NCBI GenBank assembly: GCA_037441475.1
Contig: JBBISB010000001.1
Location: forward strand, 366,418-398,417
Length of the DNA stretch: 32,000 nt
Source: Candidatus Iainarchaeum sp.
GTDB taxonomy: Archaea; Iainarchaeota; Iainarchaeia; Iainarchaeales; CSSED10-239
Reading direction: 5' to 3'
Positions 18,391-27,573 of the stretch are shown piece by piece. The position numbers and the translations under genes were made by a program. The stretch's first letter is position 1. Each line of letters starts with the position of its first letter. Below the pieces are notes generated by a model, which saw only the letters and a program-made list of their open reading frames with translations, was not told the DNA's origin and searched no databases.

Positions 18391-19636
18391 AGTTAGCCAC
18401 CCCTTTAAGCACTAAAAATATTGTAACTGTTTCAGGAAGATTTAAGACTTCGTTCTTGTTAAAAGGACCATAAAAGTCATCTAAGAGTCTGAAACGTGGT
18501 ATTGGTTTAATTAATTTTATTTTTTTAAAAGAATCTCCCCTTAAAACAACTGGAGTTTTAAATGGATCAAAACTTTTTAAATCATCTTTATTTTTAATAT
18601 ATGTTGAAAGAAAACCAGTCCCTCCATGAATGGTGTCTGGAACCCTCATTATCTTAAAAATATCACTTGAGGACTGAGGGTCTATTTTAAGCCTTGTTTG
18701 ACTTATGACATGGTTTATAGCATCCTCAAAAAACTTATCACTTGAGGTAAAATCAACTGATAGTATATTATTATGGTACATCTTATTTAAAATATCTTCT
18801 TTTGTGTTAATTATTAGCTTTGCTTTCTTTGAAGAAAGGTTAAAAATTGAAGAAAGTTTATTTTCATCATAGAAAGTTATTATGTTTACAAGACCGGTTA
18901 GTATTTTTTTTGCCCAACCAGAGGACTCTTTTATAGAGGGTATTTTCCAAACCTTTTTTTCTTTTATAAAACCTAATTTTGATAGCTCTAAGTCGTTTGC
19001 TAAGATGTAGTTCATCATCTGTAGTCTTGCACTCTTTGATAAAGAGATTATTGTTTTATCAGTTATTCTTACATGATACCCTTTTGCTCCTGAAAAGCTA
19101 ATTATGAAGGTTTTTACATCTAGCTTAAACTCAGATTCTAGAAAATCAATTAACCTTAAGGTATCTTCCTTTGCTTTACCTAAACACTCATCACAAGTCC
19201 ATTCTGTTATTTGTATTGGAGAAGAGCATTTAGGGCATTGTTTTAAGTTGCCATAACCCCATTCCTTACAATTTTCATCCTTACACTCCCATGTATTATG
19301 CCTATCATGGCATGGAAGAGTATAATCATCTGAATCAAACTCATAAACAATGTCTGAGCCTTCCCATTTTTTATTCTCCATTGGTCTTCTATCTGGAAAA
19401 GTAAAATAACTTGTTGAGTAGGAGATGTAGAAGGGAGGGGTTTGTTTTAAATAGTTATTAAAATCATTAACTGTTGTAAAGGAGAGATGTCTTTGACTTA
19501 TCTTTGAGTACATGGTTCCAATACCAAACTCTCTTTTTGAAACCTCTATTATACAGGAAACATAGTTATTATTGTAGTATTCTTTAAACTTGTCTGTGAA
19601 ATACTTTAGTTTTATGTTATCCTCTTGATAAGACAT
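18383..19636 (-). CDS. priS: DNA primase small subunit
   Basis: 417 aa; YEFDSDD, SFSGAKGYHVRI, RLKIDPQSSSDIFKIMRVPDTIHGGTGFLS; CHDRHNTWECKDENC/CPKCSSPI zinc-binding-like cysteines. Confidence 0.88.
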   Translation of the reverse strand: MSYQEDNIKLKYFTDKFKEYYNNNYVSCIIEVSKREFGIGTMYSKISQRHLSFTTVNDFNNYLKQTPPFYISYSTSYFTFPDRRPMENKKWEGSDIVYEFDSDDYTLPCHDRHNTWECKDENCKEWGYGNLKQCPKCSSPIQITEWTCDECLGKAKEDTLRLIDFLESEFKLDVKTFIISFSGAKGYHVRITDKTIISLSKSARLQMMNYILANDLELSKLGFIKEKKVWKIPSIKESSGWAKKILTGLVNIITFYDENKLSSIFNLSSKKAKLIINTKEDILNKMYHNNILSVDFTSSDKFFEDAINHVISQTRLKIDPQSSSDIFKIMRVPDTIHGGTGFLSTYIKNKDDLKSFDPFKTPVVLRGDSFKKIKLIKPIPRFRLLDDFYGPFNKNEVLNLPETVTIFLVLKGVANFE

Positions 19637-19697
19637 AAATATATATTATTCAAAATATATAAAAAGTATGTTATTTTAGTAAAGAAGAAGGTATTTA

Positions 19698-19789
19698 TAT
19701 AAATTCTTTCCCTTAATAAAGAGTTCTCGCTATAAACTCTTTCTTCTAAAAAAGAATAATTAGTATAAACCCTTTCCTTTAGGAAAGAG
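19698..19789. repeat. Three imperfect 26-nt units at exact 33-nt spacing in the priS/rad50 gap
   Basis: 19698 TATAAATTCTTTCCCTTAATAAAGAG; 19731 TATAAACTCTTTCTTCTAAAAAAGAA; 19764 TATAAACCCTTTCCTTTAGGAAAGAG; each can form a small hairpin. Confidence 0.65.
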
Positions 19790-19815
19790 TTTTTTTAAAC
19801 AACTTTATAAAAACC

Positions 19816-22110
19816 TTAAAAAAGTATTTTTGAAGCAGAATCGTTTTCTTTATCTCTCTCAATTATAAACTTTGTAGCATTTATTGTTTCAAGAAGCTTG
19901 TTATCATGAGTTACAATAAAGATTTGATCAACTAAGTCAGGAAGCTCTTCTTCTAAGATATTTGATAAGGCCTCAACTGATTTTTCATCTAAATTATGTG
20001 TAGGTTCATCAAGGATTAAAAGACCTAGTTTTTTAGTTAAGATTAAAGAGATTGCCATCCTTATTGAAAGAGAAGCACAAGCCCTTTCTCCTCCACTTAA
20101 TAAACCCTCAACCCTTATCCAGTCGTTTTTCAAAGTTAAAACCTCTAAGATATAATCATTGTCTGCATTTAATCTTGCTGAAAGATAGTCCTTGTAAGGG
20201 TATACTTTTGGCCAAATTATGGTTAAAGCTTGGTTTATGTTATCTATTAAAACTTTTCTTAACTGAAGTTGACTATTATCTATTGCTTTTAAAAAATAAG
20301 AAAGATCTTGTTTTTTAGTTGAAATGTTTTTTAAAGAAGAAGAAACTTCTTCTTTTTGTTTATCCAAACTTTCAAGAGAAGAGATTTGTTTGTTTAAAGA
20401 GTCTAGGGATTTTAAAGAAGTGTTTAAAGAATCTTTTAAAGAAATAAAGTTAACTTCTATGTTTTTATTTTCAGCAAGAAGGTTTAGGTAATCCTCTTCC
20501 TTGTAAGAGATGTTTGAAAGAGAGGTTTTTAGAGAAGATACTTTTTCTTCAAACTCTTTTTTCTTAGAGATTAATTTTAAATATTCTTCTTTTGTTTTTA
20601 AGTCATCTTTTTTAAGAAGAATTTCTTTTTCAAGAGAAGAAAGGTCTTCTAAAGAAGGAAGGGCTTTAGTTTCTTCTAAAACACTTTCTTGTAAAGATTT
20701 ATTTTCTATTAATTGTTTTTCAATCTCTTGTAGTTGAGATTCTAAGAGATTGTTTTTTTCTATTATTTTTTCTTTTTTGTTTATATCTTCTAAAGATTTT
20801 TCTTTTAAAGAAAGTTTGTCTAGGAGAATAGTTATTTCTTTTGAAATGTTTTCTTTTTCTGTTCTTACATGATTAATAGTTTCTTCTAGATGTTCTTTTG
20901 TGAAAGGAGTTTGGCAAACAGGACAGTTTGAAAAGCCTTTTGAAAGTTCTTGAGAGGATTTTTCTAAGTCCTTTTGCTTTGAGAGAAGAGAGAGTTTTGA
21001 AATGTTTAAAGAATTAATTTCTTCTAGAACCTCTTTCTTTAAAGAAGAAAGAACATGAGAAGTAAAGTCAACCTCTGTTAAAGAAGATTTAATTTGGGTT
21101 ATTTTTCCTTCAATTTCTAAAAGATTGTTTCTATAGAAGGCATATTTGTTTTCTAAGGATTTTTTTAAAATTTCTGTCTCTTTGTTTTTGTTTTGTTTTT
21201 CTAGAAAATCTTTTTCAAGAGAAGATAGAATTTTCTTTTCATCCTCTAAAAAAGATAGAGTTGTATCTGGATCTATTTTAGTTGAAAGGGTTTCAATTTC
21301 TTTTAAAGTATCTTCAAGCCTTGAGAGGTAAAGGGTATATTGTGAAGAAAGAGAGTCGTGTTTTTCTTTAATCTCTTTCTTTTCTTTTAAAGAAGTTTCT
21401 AAACTTCTTTTTTTATTTTCATTTTCAAGTAGTTCTTTTTCTAGAAGGTTTATTTTTTCTTTAAGTTTAGTTTCTTCTTCTCTTAAAGAAGATAAGTTAT
21501 AAGAAGATATTTGAGAAGAGATTTGTTTTAAAAGAAGTTCATTTTTATCTTGTTCATGTAAAAGTAAACGATCAATCTCTCTTGTTGATATTTTTATGTT
21601 TTCAAAATGAGATATTCCAAAAAGATCATCAAACTGTTCTTTTCTTTTAGAAGGTGCTATTTTTAAAAAATAATCAATTTCATTTTGCTGGGAGTATACA
21701 ACTTTTATAAAAAGATTATAATCAATGCCTAAAAGTTTTGAAACAAAATCATCCACATCGCTTTTTTTAGGTCCAGCTAAAAGCTTACCTTCAAGGTATA
21801 TTTTTGCAGAGTTTGCTTTGTTTCCTGAAAAAAACTCTCTTTCTATTAAATAGGTTTTTTCATCTTGCTCAAGCTCTAAAATTACTTTAAAATAATCTTT
21901 TTTTGAAGGTTTAAACATTATAGTTTCATCTAAAGTAACCTTTCTGTTTGAAAGAGTAGGAAAGGTGCCGTAAAGAGCATAACAAATACCATCAACTACA
22001 CTTGATTTTCCAGAACCAATAACACCTAAGAGTATATTAGTTCCTTTTTGAAAGGAAAGCTTAGTATCTAGGTGGGTTTTCCAGTTTTCAAGATATATTG
22101 ATTTTATCAT
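19816..22110 (-). CDS. rad50: DNA double-strand break repair ATPase Rad50
   Basis: ORF 19816-22137, likely start MIKSIYLENWKTH; Walker A LLGVIGSGKSSVVD, zinc hook NCPVCQTPF, signature LLSGGERACASLSIRMAI, Walker B LLILDEPTHNLD. Confidence 0.93.
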   Translation of the reverse strand: MIKSIYLENWKTHLDTKLSFQKGTNILLGVIGSGKSSVVDGICYALYGTFPTLSNRKVTLDETIMFKPSKKDYFKVILELEQDEKTYLIEREFFSGNKANSAKIYLEGKLLAGPKKSDVDDFVSKLLGIDYNLFIKVVYSQQNEIDYFLKIAPSKRKEQFDDLFGISHFENIKISTREIDRLLLHEQDKNELLLKQISSQISSYNLSSLREEETKLKEKINLLEKELLENENKKRSLETSLKEKKEIKEKHDSLSSQYTLYLSRLEDTLKEIETLSTKIDPDTTLSFLEDEKKILSSLEKDFLEKQNKNKETEILKKSLENKYAFYRNNLLEIEGKITQIKSSLTEVDFTSHVLSSLKKEVLEEINSLNISKLSLLSKQKDLEKSSQELSKGFSNCPVCQTPFTKEHLEETINHVRTEKENISKEITILLDKLSLKEKSLEDINKKEKIIEKNNLLESQLQEIEKQLIENKSLQESVLEETKALPSLEDLSSLEKEILLKKDDLKTKEEYLKLISKKKEFEEKVSSLKTSLSNISYKEEDYLNLLAENKNIEVNFISLKDSLNTSLKSLDSLNKQISSLESLDKQKEEVSSSLKNISTKKQDLSYFLKAIDNSQLQLRKVLIDNINQALTIIWPKVYPYKDYLSARLNADNDYILEVLTLKNDWIRVEGLLSGGERACASLSIRMAISLILTKKLGLLILDEPTHNLDEKSVEALSNILEEELPDLVDQIFIVTHDNKLLETINATKFIIERDKENDSASKILF

Positions 22111-22152
22111 AAGTATATATTTAATATATAAAAACAAATAAAAATAGAAAGA

Positions 22153-22908
22153 TTAACCATTCATCTCTTTAAGCCATTTCTCTTTTAATTTCTCAAAGTC
22201 CTTATAGTAACCTTCATGATAATCAGGAGAATTATTGTATAAATCAACCTCTGTGTAATTTTCCTTTAAATAAGAAATTAATGGAACAGATCTTTGGACA
22301 ATCTCTTCAGGAGAAAGCCAAAAGGAAGTGTCTGCAAAAGGCCTTGTTTTGTGTTAATTAAAGGTATTTACACTGCTTAAGTTTAGAAACAATGCTTGAA
22401 TATTCTTTTCAAAAGTAGAAACACCTCTCATATCCTCTCTTAATATTAATTTTGATTTACTGTAAAAATTCCACCAAGGAACATTATAAGCATCATTTAA
22501 AGAGCCAAAACAAGCAAGCTTTATTAAAATATTTTTATCTTTTCTTAAATTTAATAAAGGCAAAACAATATTGTGAAAACTATCAAGATTAGATTTTAAA
22601 ACCTCATCATCAATATCATGCTCTAGGCTTTTAACTTCAGGAACTCCATTTTTTTCAAATTTAAATCTACCAACAGGATGAATTAAAACTACCTCTAAAA
22701 CACCATCTAGAGATATTTTCTTAATCTCTTGTTCAGTATCTTTTGATTTCTCCAAATCACATAAAAGATAATCAACATTCTTTAAAGGATTTTCTTCCTC
22801 TCTTCTTGAAATAGCATTAACCAAACAATCTTTTTCTTTTGAATAATGCTTAACATAAGCTTTCCTTAAGTCCACGGTTGCTCCAGAGACAATAATTACT
22901 TTCTGCAT
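22153..22908 (-). pseudogene. Short-chain dehydrogenase/epimerase-like protein interrupted by in-frame TAA (22354-22356)
   Basis: ORF 22354-22908 starts MQKVIIVSGATVDLRKAY. Same frame continues after TAA: HKTRPFADTSFWLSPEEIVQRSVPLISYLKENYTEVDLYNNSPDYHEGYYKDFEKLKEKWLKEMNG*. Confidence 0.65.
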
Positions 22909-22996
22909 GATAATCTTTTTGTGTTTTTTTATAGTAATAAAATACTAGACCAAAAGGTTTAAATAAACTTAGAATCAATAAGTTATTTGATTAGAT

Positions 22997-23185
22997 ATGC
23001 ATAAAATAAAGAAACTTATGGCTGATCAAAGAGCACAGATATCTGCTGAAATGATCATATTAATAGCTGCAATAATTGCAATTGTTTTAGTAGTTGTAAC
23101 ACAACTTCAAAAAACAACTACAAAAGCAAATAAGGCTGTTGATAAGAAAGCAGATGATGTCTTTAAGCAAATAGATAAGATATAA
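22997..23185 (+). CDS. Small class III signal peptide/pilin-like protein
   Basis: 62 aa; QRAQISAEMIILIAAIIAIVLVVV. Confidence 0.7.
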   Translation: MHKIKKLMADQRAQISAEMIILIAAIIAIVLVVVTQLQKTTTKANKAVDKKADDVFKQIDKI

Positions 23186-23209
23186 AAAAGGAAATAAAAA
23201 AGATTAACT

Positions 23210-23605
23210 GTGAACCAAAAAGCACAAGTTAGTTTAGAGTATATCTTAATTACGCTTGCAATTGTAGTTGTGCTTTCCTTAATTGTTATTCAAGCAACCT
23301 CTCTTTATTCTAGAAACATAAAAGCAATTGATAATAGAGCTATTAAAGAAGCTTATGAAAAGATACAAGGAAATATTGATATCTCTGAAATTTTAGAAAA
23401 CTACACAGAAGAGATTATTTTAATGCCAGAAAGAGAATGGAATTTTGAAAAAATAAAAAATAACAAGTATAAGATATATAATGAAGATAAAGAGTATATA
23501 CTTGAAAGTATTAATGAGATTAATTTTTATTTTAAAAATATTAAAGAAGAAACAACCATTGTTTTTAAAAAAGAAAATAATAAAATAACTATTGAGAAGA
23601 AATAA
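23210..23605 (+). CDS. Class III signal peptide/pilin-like protein
   Basis: 131 aa, GTG start; NQKAQVSLEYILITLAIVVVLSLIVI. Confidence 0.75.
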   Translation: MNQKAQVSLEYILITLAIVVVLSLIVIQATSLYSRNIKAIDNRAIKEAYEKIQGNIDISEILENYTEEIILMPEREWNFEKIKNNKYKIYNEDKEYILESINEINFYFKNIKEETTIVFKKENNKITIEKK

Positions 23606-23608
23606 TTT

Positions 23609-24127
23609 ATGAACCTTAACACCTTTATTTCCAAACTTTTGTTTATTGGAATAACTATTCATGAACTTGCACATGTTTTTGCTTGCTTGATATTAGGTGT
23701 GAGGATAAGAAAGGTTAAACTTTTTAGTTTTTCTGATGGTTATGTTGTGCATGATGAATCTAGGGCCTATAAAAATATAGTAATCTCTATTTTCCCTTTC
23801 TTTTTTAATATTGGAGTCGTTATCTTAGGTATTTTACTTTTAAAAAAAGAAATGTTATTGATATATAAGATAGTTATCATATGGATATCTATTTCTGCTC
23901 TTTTCTTTTCCATACCCTCAAGACAAGATGCAAACAATATCTTTGATGCTATTAAGAAAAGCTATAGGTTAAACCAATCTTTGTTTAAATGGCTTTATAA
24001 GATAATTCTTTTACCTTTAACCATAGTGATATTAATACTATCTTGGGTATTTAAGCTTCTTGACCAGTCCTTTTTAATAAGGCTTGTGCTTATCTTAGCC
24101 TGGGTTTATGTATTAATGGTTGTTTAA
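23609..24127 (+). CDS. Putative integral membrane metalloprotease (HExxH)
   Basis: 172 aa; LLFIGITIHELAHVFACLILGVRIRKVKLFSF plus further hydrophobic segments. Confidence 0.6.
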   Translation: MNLNTFISKLLFIGITIHELAHVFACLILGVRIRKVKLFSFSDGYVVHDESRAYKNIVISIFPFFFNIGVVILGILLLKKEMLLIYKIVIIWISISALFFSIPSRQDANNIFDAIKKSYRLNQSLFKWLYKIILLPLTIVILILSWVFKLLDQSFLIRLVLILAWVYVLMVV

Positions 24128-24191
24128 CCAAATAATTAGTATTTTAATATTATCGCTTATATAATATATTAGCTAAGGGGGAGATTTAACC

Positions 24192-24944
24192 ATGATAAAA
24201 TTAATTATAAAAGATGTAAAAGAATTCCAAAAGAGTATGGATGCTATTGGTGTATTAATAAACGAAGGTTTGTTTACTATAGATAGCGAAAAGATGTTTT
24301 TAAGAGCAACAGACCCTGGGCAAATAAGTTTAGTGGATTTTGTAATGCCAAAAGATTCTTTTGAAGAATTTTTAGTAGATATTAAAAACGGAGAAAAGAA
24401 CGTAGCTTTTGGAATAAACATAAATAATTTCTTACAGATCTTAGCACACTCTTCAAGTGATGATAAACTAAGTTTAGAGATTAAGGATGATAAGTCATTT
24501 ATCTTAATAGAGCTTATTGGAAAATCAAAGAGAAGCTTTCATATCCCTTTAATAGATGTTTCTGAACAAGAACAACCCCTTCCAAAAATACAGTTTAATG
24601 TAACTGTTCAAATCTCCTCTGATCAATTACTTGCTGGTATTAAGGACGCTAGTCTTTTTAGCTCACATATAACTTTAAGAGTTGAAAATAACAAGTTGTT
24701 TTTAGAAACACAAAGTAGTAAGGGTAAATTTAAACAAGAAATTGAAGCTGGAGCAAACAACCTTTTAATATCTGGAAGTAAGGCAAAGGCAATGTATACT
24801 TTAGACTACTTACAAAACATGATAAAAAATGCAAAAAGTATAATCACTTTAAAGCTTAAAGATGATATGCCACTTGAAATTAACTACACAATAGGCTCTT
24901 CTGCTATTAGATATTTCTTAGCACCTAGAGTTGATAACGAATAG
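24192..24944 (+). CDS. pcn: DNA polymerase sliding clamp (PCNA)
   Basis: 250 aa; RATDPGQISLVDFVMPKDSF, PLEINYTIGSSAIRYFLAPRVDN. Confidence 0.92.
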   Translation: MIKLIIKDVKEFQKSMDAIGVLINEGLFTIDSEKMFLRATDPGQISLVDFVMPKDSFEEFLVDIKNGEKNVAFGININNFLQILAHSSSDDKLSLEIKDDKSFILIELIGKSKRSFHIPLIDVSEQEQPLPKIQFNVTVQISSDQLLAGIKDASLFSSHITLRVENNKLFLETQSSKGKFKQEIEAGANNLLISGSKAKAMYTLDYLQNMIKNAKSIITLKLKDDMPLEINYTIGSSAIRYFLAPRVDNE

Positions 24945-25003
24945 TTTTTCTTTTTTAAAAAAGAAAAACTTTTTACTTTTTCTTATTTTTTTTAAAAAAA
25001 TAG

Positions 25004-26095
25004 TTATAATAACTCTTTATTAAACTTTAAAGTTATTTTTCTATGGCTTCCTTTTCCTTCCTTTAAAAGAGAAAGAGAGATAAAACCTAATTTTTCAAAT
25101 TTTAAAAGATACCTACTCTTTGTTCTTTCAGCAATATCTTTCATAGAAGAATAAGCCTCAGTTGTCGTCTGATCATCCTTTAAAGAAGAAAGAAACTTAA
25201 ACTCTTCCTTAGAAAGAGAAGATATCTTTTCATTTACCTTAATGGAATCTATGAGGTTTGAAGAGCTTAATAAAACCTCTTTAGAGATGCTTAAATTACC
25301 CTCTCTTTCAGACTGCTTTGCTGCTTTGTACAGCAGATCTATTGCAATTCTGGCATCTCCCCCTCTAACAGCAGCATAACCTGCAATATACCCTATCAAG
25401 TCCTCTGTTATAGCTTTCTCTATAAGTCCATACTTAACTCTTTCTTTTAAAATTATTTTTAGGTCTTGAGAGGAGTATTTCTTAAACTCAAGGTCTTTTA
25501 GAAACAATGAACTTCGTGTTCTTGTATCCAGATCTAAGACAAAAGATTTATTATTGGTTATTAAAAGTAAAGTGAAATATTTGTTATTTGAAGAAAATCT
25601 TGAAAGATCATATAAAAGAACAGAAAGATCTTCTTTTCTAAGTTTATCAAACTCATCTAAGATGATTACTGGAGAGAAAGAAGCTTTTGTAAAAAGTTCT
25701 TTTATTCTTTGCCAAAGCTCATCAACAGCAAGCCCTCTTCTTGGCATTATTCCTCCAAAGAAAGCAACTATTTTAGAAAGGACAGCAAATCTTGTATTGT
25801 CCTGTATACAGTTTATATATATTGATTTTACTTTTAAAGAGTAGTTTGTAAGTTCTTTTAAAACAAAGTTTGAAACTAAGGTCTTTCCTGTTCCTGGTGG
25901 ACCATGTATTAAGAAGTTACTTGCTTTTTTGTTTATGGTTAATTGTTTTAATGGAAAGGAAAGTTCTTTTATCTCAGAGTCTCTTGAAAAGATGTTTTCT
26001 GGAGAGAAGTCTGGATAGAAGATTTGTTCATCTAAAAAGATGGATCTTTCTATGTTTTTAATATCTGAGAAGATGTTTTTTTTTGAAACTGACAT
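25004..26095 (-). CDS. cdc6: Orc1/Cdc6 replication initiator
   Basis: 363 aa; NFLIHGPPGTGKTLVSNFVL, VIILDEFDKL, AAVRGGDARIAIDLLYKA, C-terminal winged helix. Confidence 0.9.
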   Translation of the reverse strand: MSVSKKNIFSDIKNIERSIFLDEQIFYPDFSPENIFSRDSEIKELSFPLKQLTINKKASNFLIHGPPGTGKTLVSNFVLKELTNYSLKVKSIYINCIQDNTRFAVLSKIVAFFGGIMPRRGLAVDELWQRIKELFTKASFSPVIILDEFDKLRKEDLSVLLYDLSRFSSNNKYFTLLLITNNKSFVLDLDTRTRSSLFLKDLEFKKYSSQDLKIILKERVKYGLIEKAITEDLIGYIAGYAAVRGGDARIAIDLLYKAAKQSEREGNLSISKEVLLSSSNLIDSIKVNEKISSLSKEEFKFLSSLKDDQTTTEAYSSMKDIAERTKSRYLLKFEKLGFISLSLLKEGKGSHRKITLKFNKELL

Positions 26096-26251
26096 AAATG
26101 TATAATGTAGGGTTTAGTTTAAAAAGATTATTCTTAAGGGTTATTTCTCGGCCAGCTACCCTCCTAAAAAAAGAATATATGTTTCAATTACCTAGTTTAT
26201 TTTGTTTAATGATTTAATTGTTTTTTTTAAAAAATAAAAAGGTGATTTAAA

Positions 26252-26422
26252 ATGCAGATATTATATAGAAGAGAACTATCAAACTTTGAAACTAAGTTTT
26301 TAACAAACATCAAAAGTACTTTGCTTAAAAGAATGGAGATTGGGCAAATGAAGAAGAGCCACAACCATATGCTTATAGATGTTTTAAGTGAGATTGATTA
26401 TAGAAAGAGTCATAATAGTTAG
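26252..26422 (+). CDS. Hypothetical small protein
   Basis: 56 aa manual ORF MQILYRRELSNFETKFLTNIKSTLLKRMEIGQMKKSHNHMLIDVLSEIDYRKSHNS, preceded by AAGGTGA. Confidence 0.4.
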   Translation: MQILYRRELSNFETKFLTNIKSTLLKRMEIGQMKKSHNHMLIDVLSEIDYRKSHNS

Positions 26423-26490
26423 AGAGAAAAAAGGCAAAATTAGAAGAATACATTAGAAATATAAATATTATGTAGCTAGTAAATAGATAT

Positions 26491-26982
26491 ATGGCTATTT
26501 CCAAAAAAGCCTTTGCATCAATAACAGTCCTTCTATTCATGCTCTTTTTTTTATTTATAACTTTCGAGAATAAGTTAAAGGACACCTCTGATTTTATTAT
26601 CATAAAACAAGTAGAGACCAGAAAAGAGAGTATCTACTTAAGTTACGAAAGTCTTTTGAAAAACACCTTAAATGACTGTGTTAGTGATCCTTTGGTTGTT
26701 AAGGAAAAAGTCATTCTAGAGAGTGTTAGGTAGGGTGTTAAAAATGATTTTTTCATAAGAAACAATATTTTAAAAACAGAAAATAAAGTTTCTTTACTTC
26801 TTCCAGAGATTATAAAAGTTATAATCTATAAACCAAATAAGTATATCACCATAAAAGAAGTGCACATCACTAAAGGTGCACTTTATCAAGATAATCTAGG
26901 GTTTACTGTTAAGACAAGAAAATACAAATCAACTTTTCTTTTTCCTGACAATTATGTTATTAGAAAGGTGATGTTTTGTTAA
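26491..26982 (+). pseudogene. Pilin-like/secreted protein interrupted by in-frame TAG (26731-26733)
   Basis: ORF 26491-26733 MAISKKAFASITVLLFMLFFLFITFENKL...; same frame continues GVKNDFFIRNNILKTENKVSLLLPEIIKVIIYKPNKYITIKEVHITKGALYQDNLGFTVKTRKYKSTFLFPDNYVIRKVMFC*. Confidence 0.6.
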
Positions 26983-27212
26983 GTAAAAAAGGAAATCTTT
27001 CACTTGAGTTTCTTTTATGTCTTTTAATCATTCTCTTAACCTTATCTCTCTTAATAACTACAAATGTTTATTTTAAAGAAAGACTTGAAGAAGACATTAA
27101 TTACAAAGACATAAACCAACAGATATGTTTTCTTAAAAAAATAGTTATTGAAAAAAACAATGGAGAAATTACAAATGATGTTTGTAAAGAAAGCACAAGT
27201 AATGATCCTTGA
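26976..27212 (+). CDS. Pilin-like protein
   Basis: 78 aa; LSKKGNLSLEFLLCLLIILLTLSLLITTNVYF. Confidence 0.55.
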   Translation: MLSKKGNLSLEFLLCLLIILLTLSLLITTNVYFKERLEEDINYKDINQQICFLKKIVIEKNNGEITNDVCKESTSNDP

Positions 27213-27573
27213 TGTTTTAATATTTATAATAATCATCTTGCTTGTAATATCTATACAGATAACCATTATTAAAAACTATAAAGAAAACATAAGCTTTCAA
27301 GAAAATAAAATAAAGCTTTTAGAAGAAGAAGTTTTAATTGATAATTACCTATTAGACTGTGAAGGCATAGGGCATAAAGATGTTCAAACAAAAAAATGTT
27401 ATTTAAACAAAGTTTCTTTAATAAATCTTAAACCAGTTCCAGAATATTTTTGTAAAATAAAGATTAATGAAAACACTCTCGTAGATAAAAAGAAAGAAAT
27501 TACCTATACACATAGAAGAGCTGTTGTTTATAACAATAAATTTTCAATAATGGAGGTGTTTTGTGAACAATAA
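27202..27573 (+). CDS. Pilin-like/secreted protein
   Basis: Track ORF 27148-27573; more plausible start is the ATG overlapping the previous stop (MILDVLIFIIIILLVISIQITIIKNYKE...). Confidence 0.5.
   Translation: MILDVLIFIIIILLVISIQITIIKNYKENISFQENKIKLLEEEVLIDNYLLDCEGIGHKDVQTKKCYLNKVSLINLKPVPEYFCKIKINENTLVDKKKEITYTHRRAVVYNNKFSIMEVFCEQ

Noticed and set aside
25554-25844. + strand ORF 96 aa
   Set aside because: Antisense of conserved Orc1/Cdc6 coding sequence.
27051-27266. - strand ORF 71 aa
   Set aside because: Antisense to the co-directional pilin-like cluster, no recognisable features.
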